The position numbers and the translations under genes are program-made. The notes under the pieces were generated by a model, which was not told the DNA's origin, did no database searches, and worked only from the letters and a program-made list of their open reading frames with translations. Below, in pieces: positions 8,928-22,481 of a stretch of DNA of 64,000 nt; the first letter of the stretch is position 1; each line of letters begins with the position of its first letter. Source of the stretch: an uncultured candidatus Porisulfidus sp. (GTDB taxonomy: Bacteria; Pseudomonadota; Gammaproteobacteria; Poriferisulfidales; Poriferisulfidaceae); contig OZ241993.1 in NCBI GenBank assembly GCA_965204575.1, positions 1,344,001-1,408,000 of the forward strand. The letters are read 5' to 3'.

Positions 8928-9218
8928 TTAGCAGACCTGAACCCCCAGGGCTCCCTTGCAGTTGTACAGTTTGTCGGCTTCCTCCGGCTTTGTCCTCTTG
9001 GCCGTGGAGGATAGCGTTTCATTTACCGAGCGGCACCACGCCATGATTTTGCAGTAGCCGCCGCCGACATCCGCATATTGAATATCGGTGCAACTCTGAT
9101 AGGCGGAACTCGCCTCAAACTTCTCCTTGCAGATGTCCACAAGGGGCCTGGGTTTCGGTGCCAGTCCGTATGCCGGAGACAAGGCCAGCATCAGGATCAG
9201 CGTGATGGTTTTCTTCAT
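8928..9218 (-). CDS. Small secreted six-cysteine protein, paralog 3
   Basis: AGGAGG RBS, MKKTITLILMLALSPAYG signal, C-x12-C-x12-C-x5-C-x24-C-x8-C-stop with FEASSAYQSC and LYNCKGAL. Confidence 0.82.
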   Translation of the reverse strand: MKKTITLILMLALSPAYGLAPKPRPLVDICKEKFEASSAYQSCTDIQYADVGGGYCKIMAWCRSVNETLSSTAKRTKPEEADKLYNCKGALGVQVC

Positions 9219-9483
9219 GGTTTGCCTCCTGGGTGAAAAATCAATCGCATGTTACCATCCTCTCCCCGTCAAACCCCGCACGGACATACGCGCCTGGAGC
9301 GACTGCCGACAGTCTAGCACGGCGGAATCAATCATCTGCACCATCCGCCAGGCCGCAGATTCGCGCCGCCGCGTCCTTGTCGATGCCATCGTCTCCGTTC
9401 GTCATGGACTGATACGCACGCGCCCGGCCTTGCAGATCGGGCGGCAAGGGCGCGGACCGGCGCGGGCCTGCATCGACCGGCCG

Positions 9484-9523
9484 GGGCATCATGCCGGCGC
9501 GAGCCGTGATAGGAAACCCATCA
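9484..9523. repeat. Direct repeat copy 2 (partial)
   Basis: GGGCATCATGCCGGCGCGAGCCGTGATAGGAAACCCATCA; one mismatch in the palindrome. Confidence 0.85.
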
Positions 9524-9745
9524 GCGGATGGCAACACAACCTAGACAAATCGCTGGCCAAGCCTGGCCGCGAAGCACACAATTCCATGCGCAAAGCGCAA
9601 CACAACCTAAACACCGCACGGAGAGCGTCTTACCAGAGCACCCACCCTGGAGAACTCAATTTGGAGACACTCTCGGCTTTGATACCGAACGACAAAACGG
9701 CAGAAATCGACCTAGAACCGACAAATCGGCTAGGGCATCAATGCC

Positions 9746-9801
9746 GGCGCGAGCCGTGATAGGAAACCTATCACCGGGCGGCCCGGATCAACCGGCTGGC
9801 C
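9746..9801. repeat. 56-bp direct repeat copy 3
   Basis: Identical to 8773-8828; palindrome at 9756-9774. Confidence 0.9.
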
Positions 9802-9811
9802 AGATCGAACC

Positions 9812-10135
9812 TGTCAAACCAAAGCTGAAATTTCCCCTTTTTCGGTTGGGCTGGCGAGCGGCAGCCCGGGATTTCATGGAAATCCCCCCGGGTCAAGCGC
9901 CGAGCCGCTCATCGGCTGGATTTTTCAAGGATTCACGCCGGTTGAAGAAGCGGATTGGGCGTTTCGCGCCTCAGCCAGCACGGCCGCCGCCTGACCCTTC
10001 TTCCGCCACGGATGATCCGGCGGCGGCCCGTAGCTCGGGCGGGCGGCCTGGGCCAGCTTTTGATCCACGATCCGGTTCAGGTCCTTGGTGTCCGCCGCCT
10101 GAACTGCGTCTCGCAGTCCTCCTTGCCGATCTGGT
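9812..10135 (-). mobile_element. 3' remnant of an IS1202 (ISNCY)-type element
   Basis: Minus-strand frame ends TKDLNRIVD...PPPDHPWRK, a typical transposase C-terminus, followed by the end ATTTCAGCTTTGGTTTGACA. Junction approximate. Confidence 0.6.
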
Positions 10136-10797
10136 TGACCCGGAACACGCTGTACCGTTGGCGGGCGCGTTACCAGGCGAAGGGGCTGCGGGGGCTTCGT
10201 CCGCGCAGCCGGCGTCCGCGGCGTTGCCGGCGGAAGCGTTGGGCGCCGGAGCTGACGCGGCGGCTGATCCAGTTGCGCCAGGCCCATCCGGGCTGGGGCA
10301 AGCAGAAGCTGGCGGTGCTGCTGCACCGCGAGGGCCACGCGGTCTCGGTGAGCACGGTCGGGCGGATGGTCAGCGAGCTGTTGCGACGGGGCCGGATCGC
10401 ACGCAGCCCCCGAAGAACCAAGCGCAGGCGGGCCTCCCGCCCGCGTCCGTGGGCGCAGCGCGGCTGGGGCGGGCTGGAGACGTGATCGGCAAGGTGGTGC
10501 AGGTCGACACGATGACGGTGACGCCCTATTACGGCTTCCGCTTCAAGCAGTTCACCGCGGTCGACGTGGCCAGCCGCTACTTGGTCGGGGCGCTGTACAG
10601 CCGGGCCACCGCGGCGTGCGCGGCCCGCTGCACGGAAATGGCGGCGGATCTGGAGGGGGCGCGGCGGCAGTGGGCCGAGTGGGAGGACACCTACAACCGG
10701 GTCCGGCCGCATCAAAGTCTCGGCCTGAAGACCCCGATTCAGTATATTAGGTCACGATCGTCAAGCAGGGCGTGTTCCCAAATGTCCTGAGCCCACA
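10136..10797 (+). pseudogene. Degraded IS481-like transposase with probable right end
   Basis: HTH TLYRWRARYQAKGLRGL, HPGWGKQKL, VSVSTVGR; frameshift near 10480; VQVDT...FTAVDVASR; part of the catalytic core deleted; YNRVRPHQSLGLKTP; ends in ...ACA. Confidence 0.8.
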
Positions 10798-10861
10798 ACT
10801 ACCCGAATGAACGCGCCCTCCTTTGCTAGAATAACGAACTGCGTCCTGATCTGGAATTTTC

Positions 10862-11998
10862 ATGGCTTGGAACGACAACGGTGGAAACCCGTGGCAGCGC
10901 AATGCGCGGCAGGGGCCGCCGGACCTGGATGACCTGTTCGGAAACCTGTTCCGGCGCCTGTTCGGTTCGGGCCGCAAGGGCGGCGGGGGCGGGGGCGGCC
11001 GCAAGTGGTCGGTCGGCACCGGCAGCGTCCTGCTCGTCCTCCTGATCCTGTGGCTGCTGTCCGGCTTCTACATCGTCGAGGCCAGCGAGCGTGGCGTCGT
11101 GCTCCGCTTCGGCAAGCACGAGCGCACCACCATGCCGGGGCCGGGATGGCACATCCCGTATCCGGTCGAAAGCGTCGAGGTGGTCAACGTGACCGGCAAC
11201 CGGAGCGTGGAGAAGCGGACCACCATGCTGACCCAGGACGAGAACATCGTCGAACTCAAGTTCTCGGTGCAGTACCGGCTCAAGAATGCCGAAGACTACC
11301 TGTTCAACGTCGAGAACCCGGACATCGAGTTCGACCGCGCCTGCCGCTTCAAGAGCACCATCTGCGGCGTGCTCGACAGTGCCATCCGCACCGTGGTGGG
11401 GCGCAACAACATGGACTTCATCCTGCGCGAGGGCCGCGCGGAAATCGCCAGCCGGACCATGGCGCTGATGCAGGAGATCCTCGACGCCTACGGCACCGGC
11501 ATCGAGATCCTGACGGTCAACCTGGAGGACTCGCAGCCGCCGAACGCGGTGCAGGACGCCTTCCAGGACGCGACCAAGGCGCGCGAGGACATGGAGCGAT
11601 TCAAGAACGAGGCGCAGGCTTACGCCAACGAGGTCCTGCCGCAGGCCCGCGGCGAGGCCGCGCGGATGCTGGAGGACGCCAAGGCCTACCGCGCCCAGGT
11701 GATTGCCAACGCCGAAGGCGAGGCGTCCCGCTTTACCCAGTTGCTGACCGAGTACCGCAAGGCGCCGGAAGTCACCCGCCAACGCATGTATCTGCAGGCA
11801 GTGGAGTCGGTCCTTTCCAATTCTTCCAAGGTGATGGTCGATGTCGACAAGGGGAGCAACATGCTGTTCCTGCCGCTGGACCGGATCCTGGAGCAACGCG
11901 GCCCGGCCCGGCCGCCGAATTCTTCATCCCTGGACCGGCAGGGAGGAAGTTCCTCAGGTTCCGGAAGTCTCGCCCCACGCTTGAGGGAGGGACGCTGA
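10862..11998 (+). CDS. hflK: FtsH protease modulator HflK
   Basis: MAWN...NPW...GPPDLD N-terminus, SPFH domain, APEVTRQRMYL. Confidence 0.95.
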   Translation: MAWNDNGGNPWQRNARQGPPDLDDLFGNLFRRLFGSGRKGGGGGGGRKWSVGTGSVLLVLLILWLLSGFYIVEASERGVVLRFGKHERTTMPGPGWHIPYPVESVEVVNVTGNRSVEKRTTMLTQDENIVELKFSVQYRLKNAEDYLFNVENPDIEFDRACRFKSTICGVLDSAIRTVVGRNNMDFILREGRAEIASRTMALMQEILDAYGTGIEILTVNLEDSQPPNAVQDAFQDATKAREDMERFKNEAQAYANEVLPQARGEAARMLEDAKAYRAQVIANAEGEASRFTQLLTEYRKAPEVTRQRMYLQAVESVLSNSSKVMVDVDKGSNMLFLPLDRILEQRGPARPPNSSSLDRQGGSSSGSGSLAPRLREGR

Positions 11999-11999
11999 G

Positions 12000-12860
12000 A
12001 TGAACCTGCAGGTCCGCCTGATCCTGGCTGCCATCGTGGTGGTGCTGGTCTGGGCCTCTACGTTCTACGTACGCCAGACCGAGACGGCGATCGTGTTCCA
12101 GCTCGGCGATATCCGGCGCGCAGGCTTGGAGCCGGGGCTGCACTTCCAGATGCCGTTCATCAACAACGTGCAGAAATTCGACGCCCGGGTGCTGTCGCTG
12201 GATTCCAAGCCGGAGCTGTTCCTGACCAGCGAGAAGAAGAACGTGTCGGTGGACTTCTTCGTCAAGTGGCGGATCAAGAACGTCAGCCAATACTTCCGTG
12301 CCACCCAGGGCGACCGTGCACGTGCCGAGGGGCGGTTGACCCAGATCGTCAAGGACGGGCTCAAGAACCAGTTCGGCGTGCGCACCATCCAGCAGGCGAT
12401 CTCCGGCGAGCGGCGCGAGATCATGGACGTGCTGCAGGTGCAATCCAACCGCAACGCGAGCGAGCTTGGCATCAAAGTGGTGGATGTCCGCATCAGCCGC
12501 ATCGAGTTGCCGGACGAGGTCAGTGATTCGGTCTATCGCCGGATGCGCGCGGAGCGCAGCCGGACGGCCAAGGACTTTCGCGCCCGCGGCCAGGAGACGG
12601 CGGAACGGATTCGCGCCGACGCCGACCGCCAGCGCACGGTGATTCAGGCCGAGGCGTACCGCGACGCGGAGAAGATTCGCGGCGAGGGCGATGCCCAATC
12701 CACCGAGATCTATGCCGAGGCCTACAACCAGGATCCCGAGTTCTTTGCGTTCACCCGAAGCCTGAACGCCTACGTCAATACGTTCCGCGACAAGGGCGAC
12801 GTGCTGGTGATGGAACCGGACTCGGAGTTCTTCCAGTACTTCAAGCAACTCCAGAAGTAA
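12000..12860 (+). CDS. hflC: FtsH protease modulator HflC
   Basis: SPFH domain, RMRAER, DPEFFAFTRSL; follows hflK. Confidence 0.95.
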   Translation: MNLQVRLILAAIVVVLVWASTFYVRQTETAIVFQLGDIRRAGLEPGLHFQMPFINNVQKFDARVLSLDSKPELFLTSEKKNVSVDFFVKWRIKNVSQYFRATQGDRARAEGRLTQIVKDGLKNQFGVRTIQQAISGERREIMDVLQVQSNRNASELGIKVVDVRISRIELPDEVSDSVYRRMRAERSRTAKDFRARGQETAERIRADADRQRTVIQAEAYRDAEKIRGEGDAQSTEIYAEAYNQDPEFFAFTRSLNAYVNTFRDKGDVLVMEPDSEFFQYFKQLQK

Positions 12861-12875
12861 TACCGGTTCCCCGCC

Positions 12876-13069
12876 ATGCAGTGGGAATTCGTCCTGGCGG
12901 CCATCGCTCTGGTAATCATGCTGGAAGGGCTCATCGCTCTTTTGAGCCCGGAGTTGGCGCGGCGCATGATGCTGCGCATGATTGAACTGCCGACCCCGCA
13001 ATTCCGCATGATGGGGCTGATCGCCGTGACGCTGGGCGTATTGCTCCTTTATCTCACGCGGTGGCTGTC

Positions 13070-13073
<4 letters not shown>
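12876..13073 (+). CDS. DUF2065 (YjeT-like) membrane protein
   Basis: ALVIMLEGL motif; conserved position after hflC. Confidence 0.85.
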
Positions 13074-18102
<5,029 letters not shown>

Positions 18103-18183
18103 GGGATGGGGCGCGGTTCCGACATTTTAGGGCAGGAAAGCGGGCAGGGTTGTATATGCCAACATGGTTTCCGGAGATTTTCT

Positions 18184-18466
18184 GTGCCGACCCGCAATAT
18201 TGTCCTGACGGATCACCAGTCAGCCTTCATCAAGGACTTGGTTTCCTCGGGCCGCTGCCAGAGATGCGAGCGAGGTCCTGCGCGCGGGCCTTCGCCTGGT
18301 CGAGCGCCAGGAAGCGCTGCGCGAAGCCGTCCATGCCGGCATCGCGGACATCGAGGCCGTCCGTTTCCGTGAATTCAGCGAACCCGGCTCCTTGCGCAAC
18401 TGCCTCCTCGACCTAGCCGAGCAAACCTTCGCCGAAGAATCTTCCGACACGAATCGCGAACAGTGA
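18184..18466 (+). pseudogene. ParD-type (RHH) antitoxin, frameshifted
   Basis: VPTRNIVLTDHQSAFIKDLVSSGRCQ, then after a +1 shift near 18262 DASEVLRAGLRLVERQE...GIADIEA. Confidence 0.8.
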
Positions 18467-18530
18467 CCGGGGCCCATTGCTGCGGGTCCGCTTGGCGGCA
18501 GCGGCTGAGCGGGATCTGCGGGAGATGCCC
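18463..18530 (+). pseudogene. N-terminal remnant of a ParE-type toxin
   Basis: RVRLAAAAERDL directly after the antitoxin; the rest is missing. Confidence 0.55.
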
Positions 18531-18581
18531 GGCATTCCCTGTGGCATAATGCGTTCGCTCAAAACCGGCGCATCCAACCCC

Positions 18582-18908
18582 ATGTTTTTGATCGACGACG
18601 CGATGGCGCAGGACGCGGCAGGCCCCATGGGCGGCTGGTCCATGTTCGCCATGATCGCGATCTTCTTCGCGATCATGTACTTCATGATTATTCGTCCGCA
18701 GAACAAGCGGGTCAAGGAACACCGCGCCCTGATCGACTCCCTGCAAAAGGGCGACGAGGTGTCCACCAACGGCGGCCTGATGGGGCGGATCACGCACATC
18801 GGCTCCAGCACGGTGCGCCTGGAACTGGCGGAGGGGGTGGAGGTCCGGCTGCGGCGGGACTCGGTCAGCAACGTCCTGCCCAAGGGTTCGCTCGCGAAAA
18901 GTGACTGA
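18582..18908 (+). CDS. yajC: Preprotein translocase subunit YajC
   Basis: YFMIIRPQNKR, LQKGDEVSTNGG. Confidence 0.95.
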   Translation: MFLIDDAMAQDAAGPMGGWSMFAMIAIFFAIMYFMIIRPQNKRVKEHRALIDSLQKGDEVSTNGGLMGRITHIGSSTVRLELAEGVEVRLRRDSVSNVLPKGSLAKSD

Positions 18909-18944
18909 TTCGGGCTGCTGGATCAGCGGCCTTCGGACAAATCA

Positions 18945-20810
18945 ATGAAAGCGAATCAATATCCGTGGTGGAAGAACCTTCTGGTGATCGGCATCCCGCT
19001 GATCGCGGCGCTTTATGCGGCGCCCAACCTGTATCCTTCCGATCCCTCGGTCCAGGTCTCCTCGTCCCGGGTTGCCGTTGGTGAGGCAGAGAAGAAACAG
19101 ATCGAGCAGATCCTCAAGCTGAAGGGTCTGGCCCACGAGCAGGTCGAGCAGGAAGGGGAAGAATCCCTGCTGATCCGCTTTCCCGATCTGGAAGAGCAGC
19201 TGAAGGCCGCCGACGCGTTGCGCGACGCCCTGTCGGACCGGTTCTCGGTGGCGCTGCACCTGGCGCCGGCCACGCCGGGCTGGCTCGAGTCGCTGAACGC
19301 GCACCCGATGAATCTCGGGCTGGATCTGCGCGGCGGCGTGCATTTCCTCTTGGAAGTCGACCTGGGCGCCTCGATCAGCAAGGCGTACGCCCGGCATGCC
19401 GCGGATGTCCGGACCTTGCTGCGCGAAGAAGAAATCCGCTACCGCGGGGTGCGGGTGCAGGGCGAGGAGGTGCATATCCTGGCACGCGATGAAGAGACCC
19501 TCGAACAGATCGAAGAAGCGGCCAAGGACAATTATTTCGGCACCTTCGACGTCACCACGGCAGAGACCGAGGGACAGCCGACGGTCATCATGCGACTGAC
19601 CTCGACCGCACATAGCGACATTCGCCGCAATGCCATCAGCCAGAACCTGATCACCCTGCGCAAGCGGGTCAACGAACTGGGCGTGGCGGAGCCGGTCATC
19701 CAGCAGCAGGGGCGCACCCGGATCGCGGTGCAGTTGCCGGGCGTGCAGGATACGGCGCGGGCCAAGGAAATCCTGGGCGCGACCGCCACCCTGGAATTCC
19801 GGCTGGTGGACGAGCAGTCGGACCCCTACCTGGCCGCGGAGACGGGCAAGGTGCCGCTGGCGGACGAACTGTACTACGAGCGAGACGGCAACCCGGTTCT
19901 GCTCAAGCGCCAGATCATGCTGACCGGGGAGCACATCATTGACGCATCGTCGGGGTTTGACGAACGCAGCCAGCCTGCGGTGCACATCACGCTGGACGGC
20001 GACGGCGCCCGGCAGTTCGCCAAGGTGACCGGCGAGAACGTCAAGCGGCTGATGGGCGTGGTGTTCATCGAGCAGCGCAGCGACACGGTCGTCACCAACG
20101 GCGAAACGCACCGGGTCACCCGCGAGACCCGGGAGGTCATCAACGTCGCCCGCATCCAGGAGCAGCTGTCCAAGCGCTTCCAGATCACCGGGCTGGACAC
20201 GTCGCGCGAGGCGCGCAACCTGGCGTTACTGCTGCGCGCCGGCGCGCTGGCCACGCCCATGTACATCGTGGAGGAGCGGACGGTCGGGCCGAGCCTGGGC
20301 CAGCAGAACATCGAGCTCGGCGCCTTGTCGGTGCTGATCGGCTTCCTGCTGGTGATGGTGTTCATGGTGCTGTACTACCGCCTGTTCGGGCTGGTCGCCG
20401 ACCTGGCGCTGATCGCCAACCTGGTCCTGATCGTGGCGGCAATGTCGATGATTCCAGGGGCGACACTGACCCTGCCGGGCATCGCCGGCATCGTGCTGAC
20501 CGTGGGCATGGCGGTGGATGCCAACGTGCTCATCTTCGAGCGCATCCGGGAAGAACTGGACAACGGCAATTCACCCCAGGCCAGCATCCAGGCCGGCTAC
20601 AGCAAGGCGCTGTCGACCATCGCCGACGCGAATATCACCACCCTGATCGCGGCGATCGTGCTGTTCGCCTTCGGCACCGGGCCGATCAAGGGCTTCGCGG
20701 TGACCCTCTCCATCGGCATCATGGCTTCCATGTTCACCGCGATCATGGGGACCCGGGCGATCATCAACCGGATCTACGGAACCCGCCGCCGCCCTACCCT
20801 GGCGGTCTGA
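18945..20810 (+). CDS. secD: Protein translocase subunit SecD
   Basis: LGLDLRGG, ELGVAEP, GPSLG, AVDANVLIFERIREE. Confidence 0.97.
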   Translation: MKANQYPWWKNLLVIGIPLIAALYAAPNLYPSDPSVQVSSSRVAVGEAEKKQIEQILKLKGLAHEQVEQEGEESLLIRFPDLEEQLKAADALRDALSDRFSVALHLAPATPGWLESLNAHPMNLGLDLRGGVHFLLEVDLGASISKAYARHAADVRTLLREEEIRYRGVRVQGEEVHILARDEETLEQIEEAAKDNYFGTFDVTTAETEGQPTVIMRLTSTAHSDIRRNAISQNLITLRKRVNELGVAEPVIQQQGRTRIAVQLPGVQDTARAKEILGATATLEFRLVDEQSDPYLAAETGKVPLADELYYERDGNPVLLKRQIMLTGEHIIDASSGFDERSQPAVHITLDGDGARQFAKVTGENVKRLMGVVFIEQRSDTVVTNGETHRVTRETREVINVARIQEQLSKRFQITGLDTSREARNLALLLRAGALATPMYIVEERTVGPSLGQQNIELGALSVLIGFLLVMVFMVLYYRLFGLVADLALIANLVLIVAAMSMIPGATLTLPGIAGIVLTVGMAVDANVLIFERIREELDNGNSPQASIQAGYSKALSTIADANITTLIAAIVLFAFGTGPIKGFAVTLSIGIMASMFTAIMGTRAIINRIYGTRRRPTLAV

Positions 20811-20812
20811 CC

Positions 20813-21739
20813 ATGCGATTGCTTCCGCGCAAACTTGCTCTCGACTTCATGGGTCGTGTCCGGCATGCGATGGTGCTGTCGGGGGGCCTGCTGATCCTGT
20901 CGATTGGCTCGCTGCTGTTCCAGGGCCTGAACCTGGGCGTGGACTTCGAAGGCGGCACCCTGATCGAAGTCGGCTATCCGGCCCCGGTGGAACTCGACGA
21001 AATCCGCGGACAACTGGAGGCGGCCGGCTTCGACCGGGCGGTGGTGCAGCACTTCGGGTCGGCGCAGGACGTGCTGGTGCGAATCAAGCCGGACGGCCGT
21101 CCGCAGAGTGAACTGAGCAACCGGGTGCTGGAGACCCTGCGCGGCGGAAACCAGGAACTTCAACTGAGGCGGGTTGAGTACGTTGGCCCGCAGGTGGGCG
21201 AGGAGCTGCGCGACGACGGGGGCCTCGCCATGCTGTACGCACTGGGGCTGATCCTGGTCTATGTGGCGTTGCGCTTCGAGTACCGGTTCTCGTTCGGCGC
21301 GATCATCGCGCTGGTGCACGACGTGATCCTGACCATCGGATTCTTCTCGCTGACCCGGATCGAATTCGACCTGACGGTGTTGGCGGCCATTCTGGCGGTG
21401 ATCGGCTATTCACTGAACGACACCATCGTCGTATTCGACCGCATCCGGGAGAACTTCCGGGCGTTGCGGCGCAAGCCCAGTACCGAGGTCCTCAACGTCT
21501 CGATCAACCAGACCCTGTCGCGCACCCTGATGACCTCGCTGACCACGCTACTGGTACTGCTCGCACTGTTCTTCTTCGGCGGCGAGGTGATCCACGCGTT
21601 CTCCATCGCGCTGATCGTGGGCGTGATCATCGGCACCTACTCGTCGATCTATGTGGCAGGCAGTTCCCTGCTGGTGCTCGGCGTGAGCGGGCAGGATCTC
21701 GACACGACCCCGTCGGAGGAAGTGGACGACCGCCCGTAG
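20813..21739 (+). CDS. secF: Protein translocase subunit SecF
   Basis: GVDFEGG, GYSLNDTIVVFDRIREN. Confidence 0.97.
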   Translation: MRLLPRKLALDFMGRVRHAMVLSGGLLILSIGSLLFQGLNLGVDFEGGTLIEVGYPAPVELDEIRGQLEAAGFDRAVVQHFGSAQDVLVRIKPDGRPQSELSNRVLETLRGGNQELQLRRVEYVGPQVGEELRDDGGLAMLYALGLILVYVALRFEYRFSFGAIIALVHDVILTIGFFSLTRIEFDLTVLAAILAVIGYSLNDTIVVFDRIRENFRALRRKPSTEVLNVSINQTLSRTLMTSLTTLLVLLALFFFGGEVIHAFSIALIVGVIIGTYSSIYVAGSSLLVLGVSGQDLDTTPSEEVDDRP

Positions 21740-21757
21740 GGCGGAGAGGGGCTGTGC

Positions 21758-22147
21758 TCAGTGCGAGACGGGGGGCATCAGGGCTAGCCCGAAGCGTTCG
21801 AATTGCTGGAAGTCTTTCAGGTTTACGGTGGCGATGCGGGTTTGCTCCACAATCGCGGTGGCGGCAATCATGCAGTCCGCGAACATTCTACGGTGGCGCC
21901 CCGTCTCATTGAACAAGCGGGCCGAGAGGATGGCCATTTCTTTGGTGAAATCGATCTGCCGGGTCACGATGTGCTGGGCGGTTTGCAGGCTCTGGTCCGA
22001 AAGTGATTCGCCACACAAGTATTCCGCCCAGGCGACGGTGCTCATGGAGAAGGTTTCTCCTGCGCATAGCCATTCCTTGATTTTCTCGCCCTCAGGGGAG
22101 TTCGGGCGGGTCGCGCAAATCAGGAAATTGGTGTCTAGGTGAATCAC
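21758..22147 (-). CDS. PIN-domain (VapC-like) toxin
   Basis: IHLDTNFLI, AWAEYLCG, DCMIAATAI, ATVNLKDF; GTG start overlaps the antitoxin stop. Confidence 0.9.
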   Translation of the reverse strand: MIHLDTNFLICATRPNSPEGEKIKEWLCAGETFSMSTVAWAEYLCGESLSDQSLQTAQHIVTRQIDFTKEMAILSARLFNETGRHRRMFADCMIAATAIVEQTRIATVNLKDFQQFERFGLALMPPVSH

Positions 22148-22431
22148 TCGGACAGCCAGCGAAGCCGGTGCAGGGAACTTTCCTCGCGCATTTTCCGAGT
22201 TTCTTTGGCCCACTTCTCGACATCGATGCCGGACTCGGCGACCCGCCTCTGCAATTCTTCCAGTGCCGCGATCGCGTCTTCCCGGTTATGTAGCGCCTGA
22301 TCTGCCACCTTGTCAATGACACGCCGCAGGGCCTCGGACTTGGAGGTATTCCAGTGTTCTGCCAGGCGGTCCAGCTTTTGTGCGGTCTCGACGTCGAACG
22401 TATAGGTCGAGCGGATTGTCATCTTGGCCAT
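22144..22431 (-). CDS. Ribbon-helix-helix antitoxin (VapB-like)
   Basis: IRSTYTFDVETAQKLDRLAEHWNTSKSEALRRVI; directly upstream of the PIN gene. Confidence 0.85.
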   Translation of the reverse strand: MAKMTIRSTYTFDVETAQKLDRLAEHWNTSKSEALRRVIDKVADQALHNREDAIAALEELQRRVAESGIDVEKWAKETRKMREESSLHRLRWLSE

Positions 22432-22435
22432 GCCA

Positions 22436-22466
22436 ATAGTATGGCATGGCCATACCACTATGTCAA
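22436..22466 (-). promoter_or_regulatory. Sigma70 promoter with overlapping operator palindrome of the vapBC-like pair
   Basis: TTGACA-17 nt-CATACT on the minus strand; palindrome GTATGGC-N3-GCCATAC overlaps the spacer and -10. Confidence 0.7.
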
Positions 22467-22481
22467 ATAAGGCAGAATCGC

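Noticed and set aside
1591-9218. RiPP (lanthipeptide/ranthipeptide) precursors
   Set aside because: The leaders are Sec-type, there are no modifying enzymes or peptidase-ABC transporter nearby, and the even Cys count fits disulfides.
8773-9801. CRISPR array or integron attC array
   Set aside because: Only three copies, spacing of hundreds of bp, no cas or intI gene, and no RYYYAAC/GTTRRRY ends seen.
9528-10790. 420-aa ORF as an intact transposase
   Set aside because: It is a chance read-through of repeat, IS end and transposase fragments; the catalytic core is partly deleted.
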